Of a stretch of 64,000 nucleotides of DNA, positions 17,113-27,548 are shown piece by piece; within the stretch, counting starts at the first letter, position 1; every line of letters starts with the position of its first letter. The notes under the pieces were generated by a model. The model saw only the letters and a list, made by a program, of their open reading frames with translations. It was not told the DNA's origin and did no database searches. The position numbers and the translations under genes were made by a program. The DNA comes from Pseudomonadota bacterium (GTDB lineage Bacteria > Bdellovibrionota_B > Oligoflexia > Oligoflexales > CAIYRB01), in assembly GCA_031416315.1 (NCBI GenBank), contig JANOTL010000159.1, positions 1-64,000 of the forward strand, read 5' to 3'.

Positions 17113-18834
17113 TTGGACATCACCAAAAGCGGCATCGCCCTGGGGCGCCGCATCAAAAACGTCGGCAGGCTCGCGCACATCGTCAACGTGTTCGCGCGCC
17201 ACGGGCTTTGGTCGGTCGCCGAGCGCCTCGGGCTGGCGAGCCAGCTGACGCCGGAGCAGGTGCGGCGCGCGCAGGAGCTTTCCCGCGAGGAAGGCGGCGT
17301 GCCGGTCGGCGACGCCGACGTCAAGGGCATGCCTTCGCGGCTGCGCCAGTCCTTCGAGGAGCTGGGCCCCGCCTTCGTCAAGCTCGGCCAGGTGCTCGCC
17401 ACGCGCGAGGACTTGCTCGGCAAGGAGTACATCGAGGAGCTCAGCAAGCTGCATTCGAACGTCGCACCCCTACCTTTCGCCGCGATCCGCCAGGTCCTGA
17501 TCGAGGAGCTCGGCGAGGAACGCTTGGGCCAGTTCGAGACGATCGAGGAGACGCCGCTCGCCGCCGGCTCGATCGCGCAGGTGCACCGCGCCACCCTCAT
17601 CGGCGGCCTGCCCGTCGTCATCAAAGTGCAGCGGCCCGGCATCGAGGCGCAGGTGAAGGTCGATCTCTCGCTGATGGAGGAGGTCGCGACCCTCGTCGAG
17701 CGTTTCATCCCGGAGGCGAAGGTCGCGCGCCCTGTCGCCACGGTCGAGGAGTTCCGCCGCGCCATCATCTCGGAGCTCGATTTCGTCCGTGAAGCTGGTA
17801 ACATTTCGAAAATACAGAGGAATTTCTCGGAATGGCCCGACATCGTCCTCCCTGAGGTTCACTGGCGCTTCACCACCACGCGCGTGATCACGCAGTCCTT
17901 CCTCGACGGCGTCAGCGCGGTCGACCGCGAAGCGATCATTGCTCGCGGCATGGATCCGTCGATTCTGGTCGAGCGCGGCTGCGGCATGTTCCTGAAGATG
18001 GTGTTCGTCGACGGGCTCTTCCACGGCGACCTGCACCCGGGCAACCTCCTGGCGATGGAGGGCAACAAGATCGGCGTCCTCGACTTCGGCTTGACCGTCC
18101 ACTTGAGCAAGTCGACGCGCGATCACTTGGCCGGGCTCTTGATGGCTTTGATCGACGAGGATTTCCAGCGCGTCGTCATGCACTACTGCGAGCTCGCCGA
18201 TCCGGACCTCGACTTCGACGCGCAGACCTTCGAGCACGAGGTCGGCAACGCCGTCTCGCCCTTCATCGGGCTTTCCCTCGAGTCGATGCGCGCCGGCCGG
18301 CTTTTCTGGGACCTGGCCCGCGTCGCCGCGCGCCAGGGCGCCCCGATGCCGCAAGCGCTCGTCGTCTTCATCAAGACGCTCGTCTCTTTCGAGGGCATCG
18401 GCCAGAAGTTGGATCCGGGCTTCGACCTCCTGAAGACCGCGCAGAAGTACACCGCCTCGATCGCCGTCGAGCTCTATTCGCCGGAGAATTTGAAAGAGCA
18501 GGCGATGATGATCGCCCGCGACCTGACCGCTTTGGCGAAGCACGGCCCTTTCCTCGTGCGCCGCCTGCTGCGCGCCGGGCTCGAAGGCGACCTGTCGCTC
18601 AACGTGAAGAGCGAGGAGATGAAAAAGCTCGCCGCCGCCCTCGACCGCTCGTCCTCCCGCATGGCGATCAGCCTGATCATCGCCTCCCTCATCGTCGGCT
18701 CCTCGATCCTGACGTACTCCGGCAAAGGCCAGGAGCTGTCGACGATGCCGATCTTCGGGCTCGCCGGTTTCGCGCTGGCGGGCCTTCTCGGCTTCTACGT
18801 CATCTTCTCCGTGCTGCGCGGCGGGCGGATGTGA
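17113..18834 (+). CDS. ABC1/UbiB-family atypical kinase
   Basis: KLGQ, AAGSIAQVH, KVQRP, FHGDLHPGN, LDFG, two C-terminal TM helices. TTG start inferred. Confidence 0.9.
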   Translation: MDITKSGIALGRRIKNVGRLAHIVNVFARHGLWSVAERLGLASQLTPEQVRRAQELSREEGGVPVGDADVKGMPSRLRQSFEELGPAFVKLGQVLATREDLLGKEYIEELSKLHSNVAPLPFAAIRQVLIEELGEERLGQFETIEETPLAAGSIAQVHRATLIGGLPVVIKVQRPGIEAQVKVDLSLMEEVATLVERFIPEAKVARPVATVEEFRRAIISELDFVREAGNISKIQRNFSEWPDIVLPEVHWRFTTTRVITQSFLDGVSAVDREAIIARGMDPSILVERGCGMFLKMVFVDGLFHGDLHPGNLLAMEGNKIGVLDFGLTVHLSKSTRDHLAGLLMALIDEDFQRVVMHYCELADPDLDFDAQTFEHEVGNAVSPFIGLSLESMRAGRLFWDLARVAARQGAPMPQALVVFIKTLVSFEGIGQKLDPGFDLLKTAQKYTASIAVELYSPENLKEQAMMIARDLTALAKHGPFLVRRLLRAGLEGDLSLNVKSEEMKKLAAALDRSSSRMAISLIIASLIVGSSILTYSGKGQELSTMPIFGLAGFALAGLLGFYVIFSVLRGGRM

Positions 18835-18850
18835 CCGGACGCTCTTTGCG

Positions 18851-20209
18851 CTACGCCACCTGTTTCCTCGAAATGACCACCAAAGTCTTGTCGTCATGAT
18901 CCGGCAAATCCCGGATCGCTTGCTCCCCGAACGCGTCCAGATCCGCCGCCAGCTGCAGCAAACCGCGCCGCTTGTGCATCAGCGTATCGAAGACCCCGTC
19001 CGAGCCGATCATGATCCGTAGGTCCCCGCCCAAGGGCAGGCTCGCGACCGTCGGCCGCAGCTCCATCTCCGCATCCAAGCCCATGACGCTCCCGTGCCCG
19101 AACACTTGCTTCGCCTTCATCTCGCCTTCTCCATCGCGCCAGACGAGCACGGCCGGGCAATGCCCCGCGCTCCAATACGTCAACTGGTCTGTGGTCAGGA
19201 CCGCGATCCCCATCGTCAGCGTGTGCCGCGTCCGCTCGCCCAAGCGCACGAGCGCCTTATTCACGATGCTCATCCACCTCTGCGGATCGAACCCCGGAAT
19301 GTCGAGCGACTCCATCCACAGCGACTGCACTGCGTGGACGATCAAGGCCGCCTGCATGCCTTTGCCCGTCACGTCGAGCACCATGACGATCATCGTCTCC
19401 GAGTCGACGTGCCGCAGCGCGAACCAGTCGCCGCCGACGCGGTCGTGGGCGAGCAGGTGGCAGCTCACTTCGAAGACGTCGCGAAACGAGCTATGCGCAG
19501 GCGGCAAGCTGGACGACTGGATTTCGCGTGCCAGTTCCAGCTCGCGCTCGAGCTTTGAGGTCGCGGCGCGTATGAGGAGCTCGCGGTTCTCCAGCTCTAG
19601 CTTGACCTCACGCTCGATGCGGCGCGTTTGCATCTGCGACAAGAAGGTCGCGCACGAATACCCGAGCAGCGTGTAAAGCATCCACGCGGCCGGGTCGGGA
19701 TGGAGATGATACGCGTACAAGGCAAAGACGGAGTAGATCCCCGCGCCGACGAAGCGCAAGATCCCGCTTACCGGCGTGACGAACTGCAGGCAAACCGAGA
19801 CGACCAAGTAAGAGCACGACCACACCAGGAAGTCGTAGGCGCCGCCTTCCGGAATCCGCAGCCCGCCCGGGGCTGTCGGATCGACGAGCAGAGTCATCGT
19901 CGTCGCGGTCGAGTAAGCGACGTACCACGCGAAGGACAGCTCGAACGCGAACGCCGTCAGGATCACGGGCAGCTTCTCGCGCACTCCGTTGATGCGGGTC
20001 GCCAGGACCAAAAGCAAGCTCAGCGAGCCCCAGATCAAATTTCCCGTGCGCGCCAGCTCCACCGCGCCCGGCAAGGCCAGGCGCCCGTTCAAGAAGTACA
20101 TGGCCGCGTGATACGGCAAGCTGAGGTAGATCAAAGCCATGGCTAGCGTCTTCCCGTTGCGGGTCAGACGCTCGAGGGTCGCGGCGCGGATCTCTGGCTC
20201 GGTGCTCAT
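18851..20209 (-). CDS. Membrane-bound PP2C/SpoIIE-family phosphatase
   Basis: N-terminal multi-TM region; VGGDW, DVTGKG, SAGH, SDGV and DDKT motifs. Confidence 0.88.
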   Translation of the reverse strand: MSTEPEIRAATLERLTRNGKTLAMALIYLSLPYHAAMYFLNGRLALPGAVELARTGNLIWGSLSLLLVLATRINGVREKLPVILTAFAFELSFAWYVAYSTATTMTLLVDPTAPGGLRIPEGGAYDFLVWSCSYLVVSVCLQFVTPVSGILRFVGAGIYSVFALYAYHLHPDPAAWMLYTLLGYSCATFLSQMQTRRIEREVKLELENRELLIRAATSKLERELELAREIQSSSLPPAHSSFRDVFEVSCHLLAHDRVGGDWFALRHVDSETMIVMVLDVTGKGMQAALIVHAVQSLWMESLDIPGFDPQRWMSIVNKALVRLGERTRHTLTMGIAVLTTDQLTYWSAGHCPAVLVWRDGEGEMKAKQVFGHGSVMGLDAEMELRPTVASLPLGGDLRIMIGSDGVFDTLMHKRRGLLQLAADLDAFGEQAIRDLPDHDDKTLVVISRKQVA

Positions 20210-20528
20210 CAGTAACGATGTCGACCGATTGCCCCTAGACGCTGAGTCCCGGCGGACGCCTAGCCCCCAGGACCGCGACTTTTCCCGCTGAATTCGTCAG
20301 CTTCCACCGATGCGGCGGCGGCGGAAACGTGCCGGAATTCTGCGCGACGCCCCGCGCCGTCAGCGCGACCTTAGGCCTTTCGCCGAGGCGGTTCCCGGCG
20401 CTGGCGACGGCGCCCGTAGATCCGAGCTCATGAGCTGCCGGGCGAGCTTGCCGACCGACCTCCGGGGATCCGCCTTGAACGTGGGGATTTGCCTGTGGGA
20501 TGATGCTGGCACCTTTCCGGAGTACGCA

Positions 20529-23492
20529 ATGAGCTTTCGCGTCGCCGTCGTGCGGCCGCACACGCCTCTCGTCTCCGAGACGTTCTTCTTGGCGAGCGCC
20601 GCGCATCTGCCGTTTGCGGTGACCGTGCTCGAAGGCGATCCGCCGTATCTCGCCGGCACGCCGCGCACCGTGCCGTATGAGCTCGCCGTGCGTCTGGAGA
20701 CGCATTTTCGCTCGCGCTTTCTCACCTCGCGCTTCGCGATGAGCGCCGAGCTCCTTCGCAAGCGCCTCTATTTGCGCGCCTTTCGCCGCCACTCAATCGA
20801 CGTCGTGCTCGCGGAATACGGCACGACCGCGGTCGACGTGCTGCCGGCGTGCAAGGCGGCAGGGCTTCCGCTCGTCCCAATTTTTCATGGTTGCGACGCG
20901 ACGATGACGGAGTTCGTCGAGCGCTTTCGCGAGCGCTACCGAGAGCTCTTTGACTACGCCGCCTCGATCGTCGTCGTCTCCGAGCATCTCCGCCAGAGGC
21001 TCCTCGCGCTCGGCGCGCCGGCCGGAAAACTCGTCGTCTGCCGCATGACCGCCGTCGATCCGGCGCAATTTTCGGGCGGCGCGCCGGAGCTCGCGCCGAG
21101 GACCGTCTGCGCGGTCGGCCGCTTCGTCGAGAAAAAAGCGCCGCAGCTGACGATCCTGGCCTTCGCGAAGGCGCAGGCCGAGGTGCCCGACGCGAAGCTC
21201 CGCATGATCGGCGATGGACCGCTGCTCGGCGCGTGCAAGAGCCTCGTGCAAGCCATGCATCTCGAGCACGCGGTCACCTTCCTCAACGCCCAGCCCCACG
21301 CTGTTGTGCAGCAGGAGCTGAGCCGCGCGCGTTGTTTCGTGCAACACTCCGTCACCGCCAAGACCGGCGACGCGGAAGGCACCCCCATGGGTCCGATCGA
21401 GGCGGCCGCGACCGGCCTTCCCGTCGTCGCCACCCGACATTCGGGCATCGGCGAGATCTTTCGCGACGGCGAGCATGGCTACCTCGTTGCCGAGCACGAC
21501 GTCGACGCGATGGCCGCCCGCCTCGTCACCTTGCTACTGGATGCCGATCTTGCGGGGGCTCTCGGGCGTCAGGCACGCGCGCACGTCGTCGCGCATCATT
21601 CGCTGACGCACTGCATCGCGACGCTGGCCGAGGTCCTCCGTCGCGCCGTCGACGCCTCGGAGCTCGAGCCTCGCCGCGCGGACGCGCACATTTGCTGGTT
21701 TTTGCAGACCTGCGGCGACGCCTCGTTGCTACGCGAGGCCCTTCGCCGTCTCCGCAAGGTCGCGCCGCGCGACACCGTCCTCGTCGTCTCCGACGGCGAC
21801 GACGATCCGTGCCTTCCCGCGCTCTGCGCCGCCGCCGGCGCCCGGTTCGTCCGCGGCAAGCGCCTCTTCGGCGTCGAGAGCGGCGGCCTCGTCGTCGAGC
21901 GTATGCTCGACCTTTTCCTTGCGACCGACGCCGAGCACCTCATCAAGATCGACCCCGACACCGACGTGCGCCGCGTCTTTCGCCGCTTGCCGCGCCGCGA
22001 CCGAGCCCTCGTCGCGGGAACCCTGCAGGCCACCGGCACAGTCGAGACGCGCCTCGTCTCCGTTCAGGGCGGGGCGATCCTGATGACGCGCCTCGCGGCG
22101 CAACGGTTCAAGGACTCGGGCCTCTTCTGCCGGACGGAGCTGAAGCCGCCGCAAATTGCCTGGGCCGTGTCCGATTCGACCTGCGAGCGCGCCACCTCGG
22201 GCCTCACCAGCTTCGACTGGACGATCGGCTGGGCCGCCCGCCGGCTCGGCATCCAGATGCTCGCGCATCCCGAGATTCACAGCGTTTGGAAGCCGTCCTT
22301 TCTCGACCATCTCGTCGCCCGCGGCGCCGCCGTCAGCCATCCTCGCCTCAGCTGGGGTCGTGCCGGGCGCGACCGCCGCGGCGTTCGCTCGCTCCTCCGC
22401 GCGCCGCAATCTTGGCCCTCGATCTTGAAGCGGCCCCGCGTGATGTTCGCGTACGTTCGTTGCCTCGAAGCGCTATGGCGCGCCAAGCGCGTCTTGAAAC
22501 GTACCCCGACGCCCGCGGGCGACCGTCCCTGGCACCTCTACGACGCGACCCTCCGCCGCGCGTTGACCGCCGGCGAAACGCGCCACGTCTTCGGCCCGAC
22601 GCGCGTGCCCGCCGATCCGCGCGAAGCCGTCGTCCTCTGCTCGGTCCGCGACGGCGAGAACCACATCGACGCCTTCGTCGACCACTACACGCGCCTCGGC
22701 GTAAAGCACCTCTTCTTCCTCGACAACGGCTCGACCGACGCCACCGTCGCGCGTTTGCGCGCCCATTCGCATACGACCGTTTGGGAGTCGAGACTGCCGT
22801 TCTCGGCTTGCCGCGAGGCCTTCAAGGATTTCCTGGTCCAAGGACCCGGACGCGGGCATTGGTGCATTTTGGCCGACGTCGACGAGCATTTGCTTCTGCC
22901 GCCCGGCGCGACCTTGCCGCAGGTTCTGAGCCACCTGCGTCGCCACGACCACACCGCGGTCGTGACGCAAATGCTCGACATGTTCGCCGACGCGCCGTTC
23001 GCGGCGCTCGTTCCGGAAGCCGGGTGGACAGCCGCGCAGCTCGCCGGGCGCTACCGGTTCTACGACGTCTCCGACATTCGCAAGCTCGACTTTCCGTGGC
23101 ACGAGCATCGCCTCGCCAATTCCGCCATCCGTTTCCACGTCGGCGGCGTCCGCGCGCGCCACCTCGGCACTCCCGGCGTCTGGCTCACGAAGGAGTCGCT
23201 CTTCTTCGCCGAGGACTGCGCCGTTGCCCACGCGCATCGCCTCGACCGCGCCCGCCTCGCCGACTTCAGCCTGCCGCTATTGCACTACAAGTTCACGGCC
23301 GCGTTTCCAGCGCAGATCGAGCGCGCCGTCGTCGAGAAGAACTACGCGCAGCAAAGCGCGGAGTACAGGCGCTACCGCGAAGCGCTCGCGAGCTCGCCCG
23401 GCCTCTCGCTGAGACGGCCGACGGCGGCGGTTCTCGACGACCCTGCCCGCCTTTGGCGCGAGGGTTTCGTGGTTGGCGCGATCGACCCGTAG
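20529..23492 (+). CDS. Multidomain glycosyltransferase (GT4 plus two GT-A-like domains)
   Basis: GT4 part: VGRFVEKK, EG.P..PIEA...G.PVV. Middle domain: SDGDDD, IKIDPD. C-terminal GT2-like part: LDNGSTD, DVDE, LLHYKF. Start inferred. Confidence 0.8.
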   Translation: MSFRVAVVRPHTPLVSETFFLASAAHLPFAVTVLEGDPPYLAGTPRTVPYELAVRLETHFRSRFLTSRFAMSAELLRKRLYLRAFRRHSIDVVLAEYGTTAVDVLPACKAAGLPLVPIFHGCDATMTEFVERFRERYRELFDYAASIVVVSEHLRQRLLALGAPAGKLVVCRMTAVDPAQFSGGAPELAPRTVCAVGRFVEKKAPQLTILAFAKAQAEVPDAKLRMIGDGPLLGACKSLVQAMHLEHAVTFLNAQPHAVVQQELSRARCFVQHSVTAKTGDAEGTPMGPIEAAATGLPVVATRHSGIGEIFRDGEHGYLVAEHDVDAMAARLVTLLLDADLAGALGRQARAHVVAHHSLTHCIATLAEVLRRAVDASELEPRRADAHICWFLQTCGDASLLREALRRLRKVAPRDTVLVVSDGDDDPCLPALCAAAGARFVRGKRLFGVESGGLVVERMLDLFLATDAEHLIKIDPDTDVRRVFRRLPRRDRALVAGTLQATGTVETRLVSVQGGAILMTRLAAQRFKDSGLFCRTELKPPQIAWAVSDSTCERATSGLTSFDWTIGWAARRLGIQMLAHPEIHSVWKPSFLDHLVARGAAVSHPRLSWGRAGRDRRGVRSLLRAPQSWPSILKRPRVMFAYVRCLEALWRAKRVLKRTPTPAGDRPWHLYDATLRRALTAGETRHVFGPTRVPADPREAVVLCSVRDGENHIDAFVDHYTRLGVKHLFFLDNGSTDATVARLRAHSHTTVWESRLPFSACREAFKDFLVQGPGRGHWCILADVDEHLLLPPGATLPQVLSHLRRHDHTAVVTQMLDMFADAPFAALVPEAGWTAAQLAGRYRFYDVSDIRKLDFPWHEHRLANSAIRFHVGGVRARHLGTPGVWLTKESLFFAEDCAVAHAHRLDRARLADFSLPLLHYKFTAAFPAQIERAVVEKNYAQQSAEYRRYREALASSPGLSLRRPTAAVLDDPARLWREGFVVGAIDP

Positions 23493-23589
23493 TTTCCGGG
23501 GCTTACGTCGGAATTGCGATGCCGCTGGCGTGCCTGGTGCGACGCAGCTAAAACAGGTCATTAGCCAGCATCACGCCAAGGATCCGCCC

Positions 23590-26235
23590 ATGATTGCGTC
23601 CTTCATTCGCACGCTCCTCCCCGGAACTTGTCTCGCGCTCGGCGTGACCACCGCCGGAGGTGCCGCCCCGCTCGACACGCGCTCCCTCTTCGACCCGAAG
23701 GCGGACGGGCCGATCCATGCCTCGTTGAGCCGCGGCTTGGACCAAAGCGCCAACAAGGACCTGCACGCTCGACCGCGTACCTTCGACGTCGTCCACTACG
23801 ACCTCCACGTCGAAGTCGACCCGGCGCTCGGCGCCATCCACGGCTCGATGCGGGTGCAGCTGACGGCGCTGGTGCGTCAGCTCGCCACCGTCGAATTGGA
23901 CGCCCTCGACTTCCAGATTGACGGCGTCGCCGCGCTCGACGGCTCGCCGCTTGCCTACAGGTACGACGGCAAGCTCCTCGTCGTGACCCTCCCGGCGCTT
24001 CTGCCGGCCGGTGAGACCACCGCCTTCCGCGTCGTCTACCGCGCGCTCACGCCGGAAGGCCTCGAGATCGCCGGTCCTGACGCGACCGACCCGACGCGCA
24101 TGCCGGCCGCCTACACCTTCACCGAGCCGGACGGGAGCAAGACCTGGTTCCCATGCGTCGACCGGCCGGACGAAAAGGCGACGGTTGAGATGACCATCAC
24201 GGTGCCGCGCGGCCACAAGGCTTTGAGCAACGGCGACCCGCTACGTCCGTTCGGCGTCCCGACGCCGGGCCTTCTCGGCGACGTGTTCGCGTACCGCATG
24301 GAGCAGGAGATCGCTCCCTACTTGATGAGCCTCGCCGTCGGACCTTATGAAGTCCTGAGCCTCGGCAGCTACGAAGGCAAACCACTGACCGTGTGGACCC
24401 CGGCCACCCTCGTCGAGGCCGCCATGATCGAGACCGAAGGCACGAAAGAGATGCTCGCCGCGTTCGCCGACTTCACCGGCCTCGTCTATCCGTTCAACTC
24501 CTACAGCCAGTCGGTCGCGCAGGCCTACGGCACCTCGATGGAGCATCAGACTGCGACGACGATGGGCGGCAACCGCATCCGCGGCGACAAAAGCGGCGAA
24601 GGCGTCGTCGCCCATGAGCTCGCGCACCAATGGTTCGGCGACTGGGTCACCTGCCGCACCTGGGGCGAGCTCTGGTTGAACGAAGGCTTCGCCACCTACC
24701 TTCCGATGATCTACTTCCAGTCGATCGGAGCCGCGACGCGCGCCGTCGGTGAGCTCGACTGGTGGCGCGCCGGCTACTTCGAGGAAGCGGCGGAACGCGC
24801 CCACGCCTTGTCGGAGGCGAATCCCGACGAAAACCTCTTCGACTCGCACGCCTACGAAAAGGGCGGAATCGTCGTCCACTTGATGCGCCACGTCGCCAAC
24901 GACATGCCGTCCGGCCCCGACACGTTCAAGCGCGCGCTCTCGCTTTACCTCGCGAGCCGCGGCCGCGGCAACGCGACCAGCCAAGATCTGCAAGCGGCCT
25001 TGGAAGAAGCGTCCGGTCAAAGCTGGCAGGACTTCTTCGACCAGTTCGTGCGCTCGCCTGGCCATCCTGTGCTGAAGGCGACCGCGCGCTACGAAGAGGG
25101 CGCGCTCGTCCTCGACGTCGAGCAGACGCAGTTCACTCGCACCGAGCGCCCCTGGCGCCTCTTCACCTTCCCGATGGAGGTCGAGCTCGTCGATGCCGCC
25201 GGTCACGTCACCACGCAAACCGTCTCCGTCTACGACGCGCGCCAGACTTTCCGCTTCCCGTCGAATGCCGCGCCGCAAAGCCTGATGCTCGACCCGCGTT
25301 GGCTCGTCCCCGCGCAGATCACATTGGACCAGACGGCTCTGGGCAGCCCTCTCCCGACGCTCGCGCACTCGCCTGAGGTGACCAGCCGCGTCAGTGCCAT
25401 CCGGGCCCTCGCGGCCCAGGACGGCACGCTCTCCGATGAGGCGATCGCCCTCGTTCGCGCCGACACGTCCCTCTTCGTGAAGATCGCCGCTCTCGATCTC
25501 TTGAGCGGCAACGAGGCCAATCGCGAGCAAGTCCTCATCCTTTACCGTGACCTCAGCAACGCGATGCTGCCCTCCGCTCGCGCGACGCTCGCAAGCAAGT
25601 CCTCCGCCCGCGATGCAGACGCCGACGCCGACGCGTCGGCAGTCGTCGTCCGCGGCGCCGTCGCCCGCGCCGAAGCGTGGCTCATCCGCACCTTGGGCCG
25701 CGCCCCGACCCGCGACGAGGAGTCCCACTGGCAGCGTCGTTACCTTTCCAGCAATCTCGTCGAAGAGCGCGTCTCGCTCCTCGGCATGCTCGACCAAGCC
25801 TCCCACGAGCGCGCGCAGCAGTTCGCCCTCGACCGCCTCGTCGAGCCCCGCTGGGTCACCAAGGACCGCAACGCGCTCATCGACGTCTTGACCAAGCTGC
25901 CCACCGCCGTTTCCCTCCCGTGGATCCAGGAAGCGCTCGCCGGCGCTACGGCCAACTACCTCCGCCAAATCCTGCGCAACCTCGCGGCGGCGAAGTACGA
26001 CGAGCCTGCCCTCGTCGACCTTCTCGTGCAAACGGCGAGCTCGCACCGCCAGACCGACGTTCGCCTCAAAGCGATCGCCGTCCTCGCCGCGCAGGTCTCG
26101 AGCAAAGAGCGCGTGTGCGTCGACCTCGCGCTCCTCGCGACCCCGGCCTCGGGCGACCCGATCTCAGGCTCGCTCGACTGGGTCCGCGAAGGCGCGGGCG
26201 CGGCTCGCCTCGAGCTCTGCGCGAAGGCCCCGTAA
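23590..26235 (+). CDS. Secreted M1 family aminopeptidase with HEAT-like C-terminal repeats
   Basis: Signal peptide, WFPC.DRP..KAT, HELAHQWFG...WLNEGFA, AYEKG. Confidence 0.9.
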   Translation: MIASFIRTLLPGTCLALGVTTAGGAAPLDTRSLFDPKADGPIHASLSRGLDQSANKDLHARPRTFDVVHYDLHVEVDPALGAIHGSMRVQLTALVRQLATVELDALDFQIDGVAALDGSPLAYRYDGKLLVVTLPALLPAGETTAFRVVYRALTPEGLEIAGPDATDPTRMPAAYTFTEPDGSKTWFPCVDRPDEKATVEMTITVPRGHKALSNGDPLRPFGVPTPGLLGDVFAYRMEQEIAPYLMSLAVGPYEVLSLGSYEGKPLTVWTPATLVEAAMIETEGTKEMLAAFADFTGLVYPFNSYSQSVAQAYGTSMEHQTATTMGGNRIRGDKSGEGVVAHELAHQWFGDWVTCRTWGELWLNEGFATYLPMIYFQSIGAATRAVGELDWWRAGYFEEAAERAHALSEANPDENLFDSHAYEKGGIVVHLMRHVANDMPSGPDTFKRALSLYLASRGRGNATSQDLQAALEEASGQSWQDFFDQFVRSPGHPVLKATARYEEGALVLDVEQTQFTRTERPWRLFTFPMEVELVDAAGHVTTQTVSVYDARQTFRFPSNAAPQSLMLDPRWLVPAQITLDQTALGSPLPTLAHSPEVTSRVSAIRALAAQDGTLSDEAIALVRADTSLFVKIAALDLLSGNEANREQVLILYRDLSNAMLPSARATLASKSSARDADADADASAVVVRGAVARAEAWLIRTLGRAPTRDEESHWQRRYLSSNLVEERVSLLGMLDQASHERAQQFALDRLVEPRWVTKDRNALIDVLTKLPTAVSLPWIQEALAGATANYLRQILRNLAAAKYDEPALVDLLVQTASSHRQTDVRLKAIAVLAAQVSSKERVCVDLALLATPASGDPISGSLDWVREGAGAARLELCAKAP

Positions 26236-26239
26236 GACC

Positions 26240-26608
26240 GTGAGCCAGTCCATAGCCGAGCTCGAAGTCCTGCAAGCCCAGATCCGCGCCTTCGTGAAGG
26301 CGCGGGACTGGGACCAGTTCCACACGCCGAAGAACTTGGCCATGGCCCTCGCGGGGGAAGCCGGGGAGCTCATGGAGCTCTTCCAATGGCTCACTCCCGC
26401 GGAGTCGAGCCAGGTCATGCAGGACGCGAAGCAGGCAGAAGCCATCCGCGACGAGCTCGCCGACGTTTTCGTGTACACGCTCCGCGTCTGCGACGTGCTC
26501 GGCGTCGACCTGAAGGCGGCCGTTCAGGCTAAGATGCAGAAGAACGCCGCAAAGTATCCAGAAGACCTGGCCCGCGGCAACGCCACGAAGTATGACCAGC
26601 TCAAATGA
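26240..26608 (+). CDS. MazG-like nucleotide pyrophosphohydrolase (dCTPase type)
   Basis: RDWDQFHTPKNL...EAGEL...DELAD. Confidence 0.92.
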   Translation: MSQSIAELEVLQAQIRAFVKARDWDQFHTPKNLAMALAGEAGELMELFQWLTPAESSQVMQDAKQAEAIRDELADVFVYTLRVCDVLGVDLKAAVQAKMQKNAAKYPEDLARGNATKYDQLK

Positions 26609-27414
26609 CCTCGACTCCCGCGATCATCCTGATTACCGGCGCCTCCGAAGGGATCGGCCGCGCCCTCGCCCTGCGCTACGCCAAAGAAGGCGCCCGGCTC
26701 GGCATCGCGGCGCGCAACGCCGTGCGCCTCGACGAGCTCGCGAAGGAGATCGTCGCCCTCGGCGCCCCGGCGCCCGCCGTCTTCGCCGGCGACCTCGCGC
26801 GTGAAGTGGACTGCAAGCAAGCTGTTGAGCTCACCGTGCAGAAATTCGGGGGCCTCGACACGCTGGTCAACAACGCCGGCATCACCATGTGGGCGACCTT
26901 CGAGGAGACCACCGACCCCGGGCTGATCGCCAAGGTGATGGAGGTCAACTACTACTCAGTAGCCTACTGCACCCTGCACGCGTTGCCGCATTTGAAGAAG
27001 TCGCGCGGCCGAATCGTCGCCGTCTCCAGCCTGGCGGGCGTCATTGGCGTGCCGGGTCACGCGATCTACGGTGCAAGTAAGCACGCCATCCACGGCTTCA
27101 TCAACTCGCTTCGAATCGAGCTGGAACCCGCCGGCGTCAGCTGCACCATTGTGGCGCCCGACTTCGTCGTCACCGAGATCCACAACCGCGGTCTCCGAGG
27201 CGACGGCAAAGCGATGCAAAAGCGTCTCGACCCGAAGAAGTTCATGTCGGCCGACACCTGCGCCGGACTGATGAAGGACGCTATCGAGCGCCGCGTCCGG
27301 CTGCTGATGACCTCGCCGCGCGGCCGACTGGCCGCGACGATGCGCGACCTCATCCCCGGCGCGATTCTCGACAAGATCGCGGCCCGCGGCGCCAAAAAGG
27401 GTGCGTTGCACTGA
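26605..27414 (+). CDS. SDR oxidoreductase
   Basis: TGASEGIG, NNAG and YGASK motifs; ATGA overlap with the previous gene. Confidence 0.9.
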   Translation: MTSTPAIILITGASEGIGRALALRYAKEGARLGIAARNAVRLDELAKEIVALGAPAPAVFAGDLAREVDCKQAVELTVQKFGGLDTLVNNAGITMWATFEETTDPGLIAKVMEVNYYSVAYCTLHALPHLKKSRGRIVAVSSLAGVIGVPGHAIYGASKHAIHGFINSLRIELEPAGVSCTIVAPDFVVTEIHNRGLRGDGKAMQKRLDPKKFMSADTCAGLMKDAIERRVRLLMTSPRGRLAATMRDLIPGAILDKIAARGAKKGALH

Positions 27415-27487
27415 GCCGCGCCGGCTTCTTCATCCTCCTGAATTGACCAGGGAATCGCCGGGCCTTCACGGTCCCGCCAACTTTTGC

Positions 27488-27514
27488 TCAAGTTCGTGCC
27501 GGCGGCGCCGATAT
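27488..27514 (+). promoter_or_regulatory. Putative sigma28-type promoter
   Basis: TCAAG-N14-GCCGATAT, 34 bp before the lipoprotein start. Confidence 0.6.
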
Positions 27515-27548
27515 GAAGGGGAATCGACGTCACTCCCGGGGTTACACT

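Noticed and set aside
26240..26608. MazG-like gene as an anti-phage defence system
   Set aside because: The context is housekeeping, with no defence or mobile genes; nucleotide sanitising is more likely.
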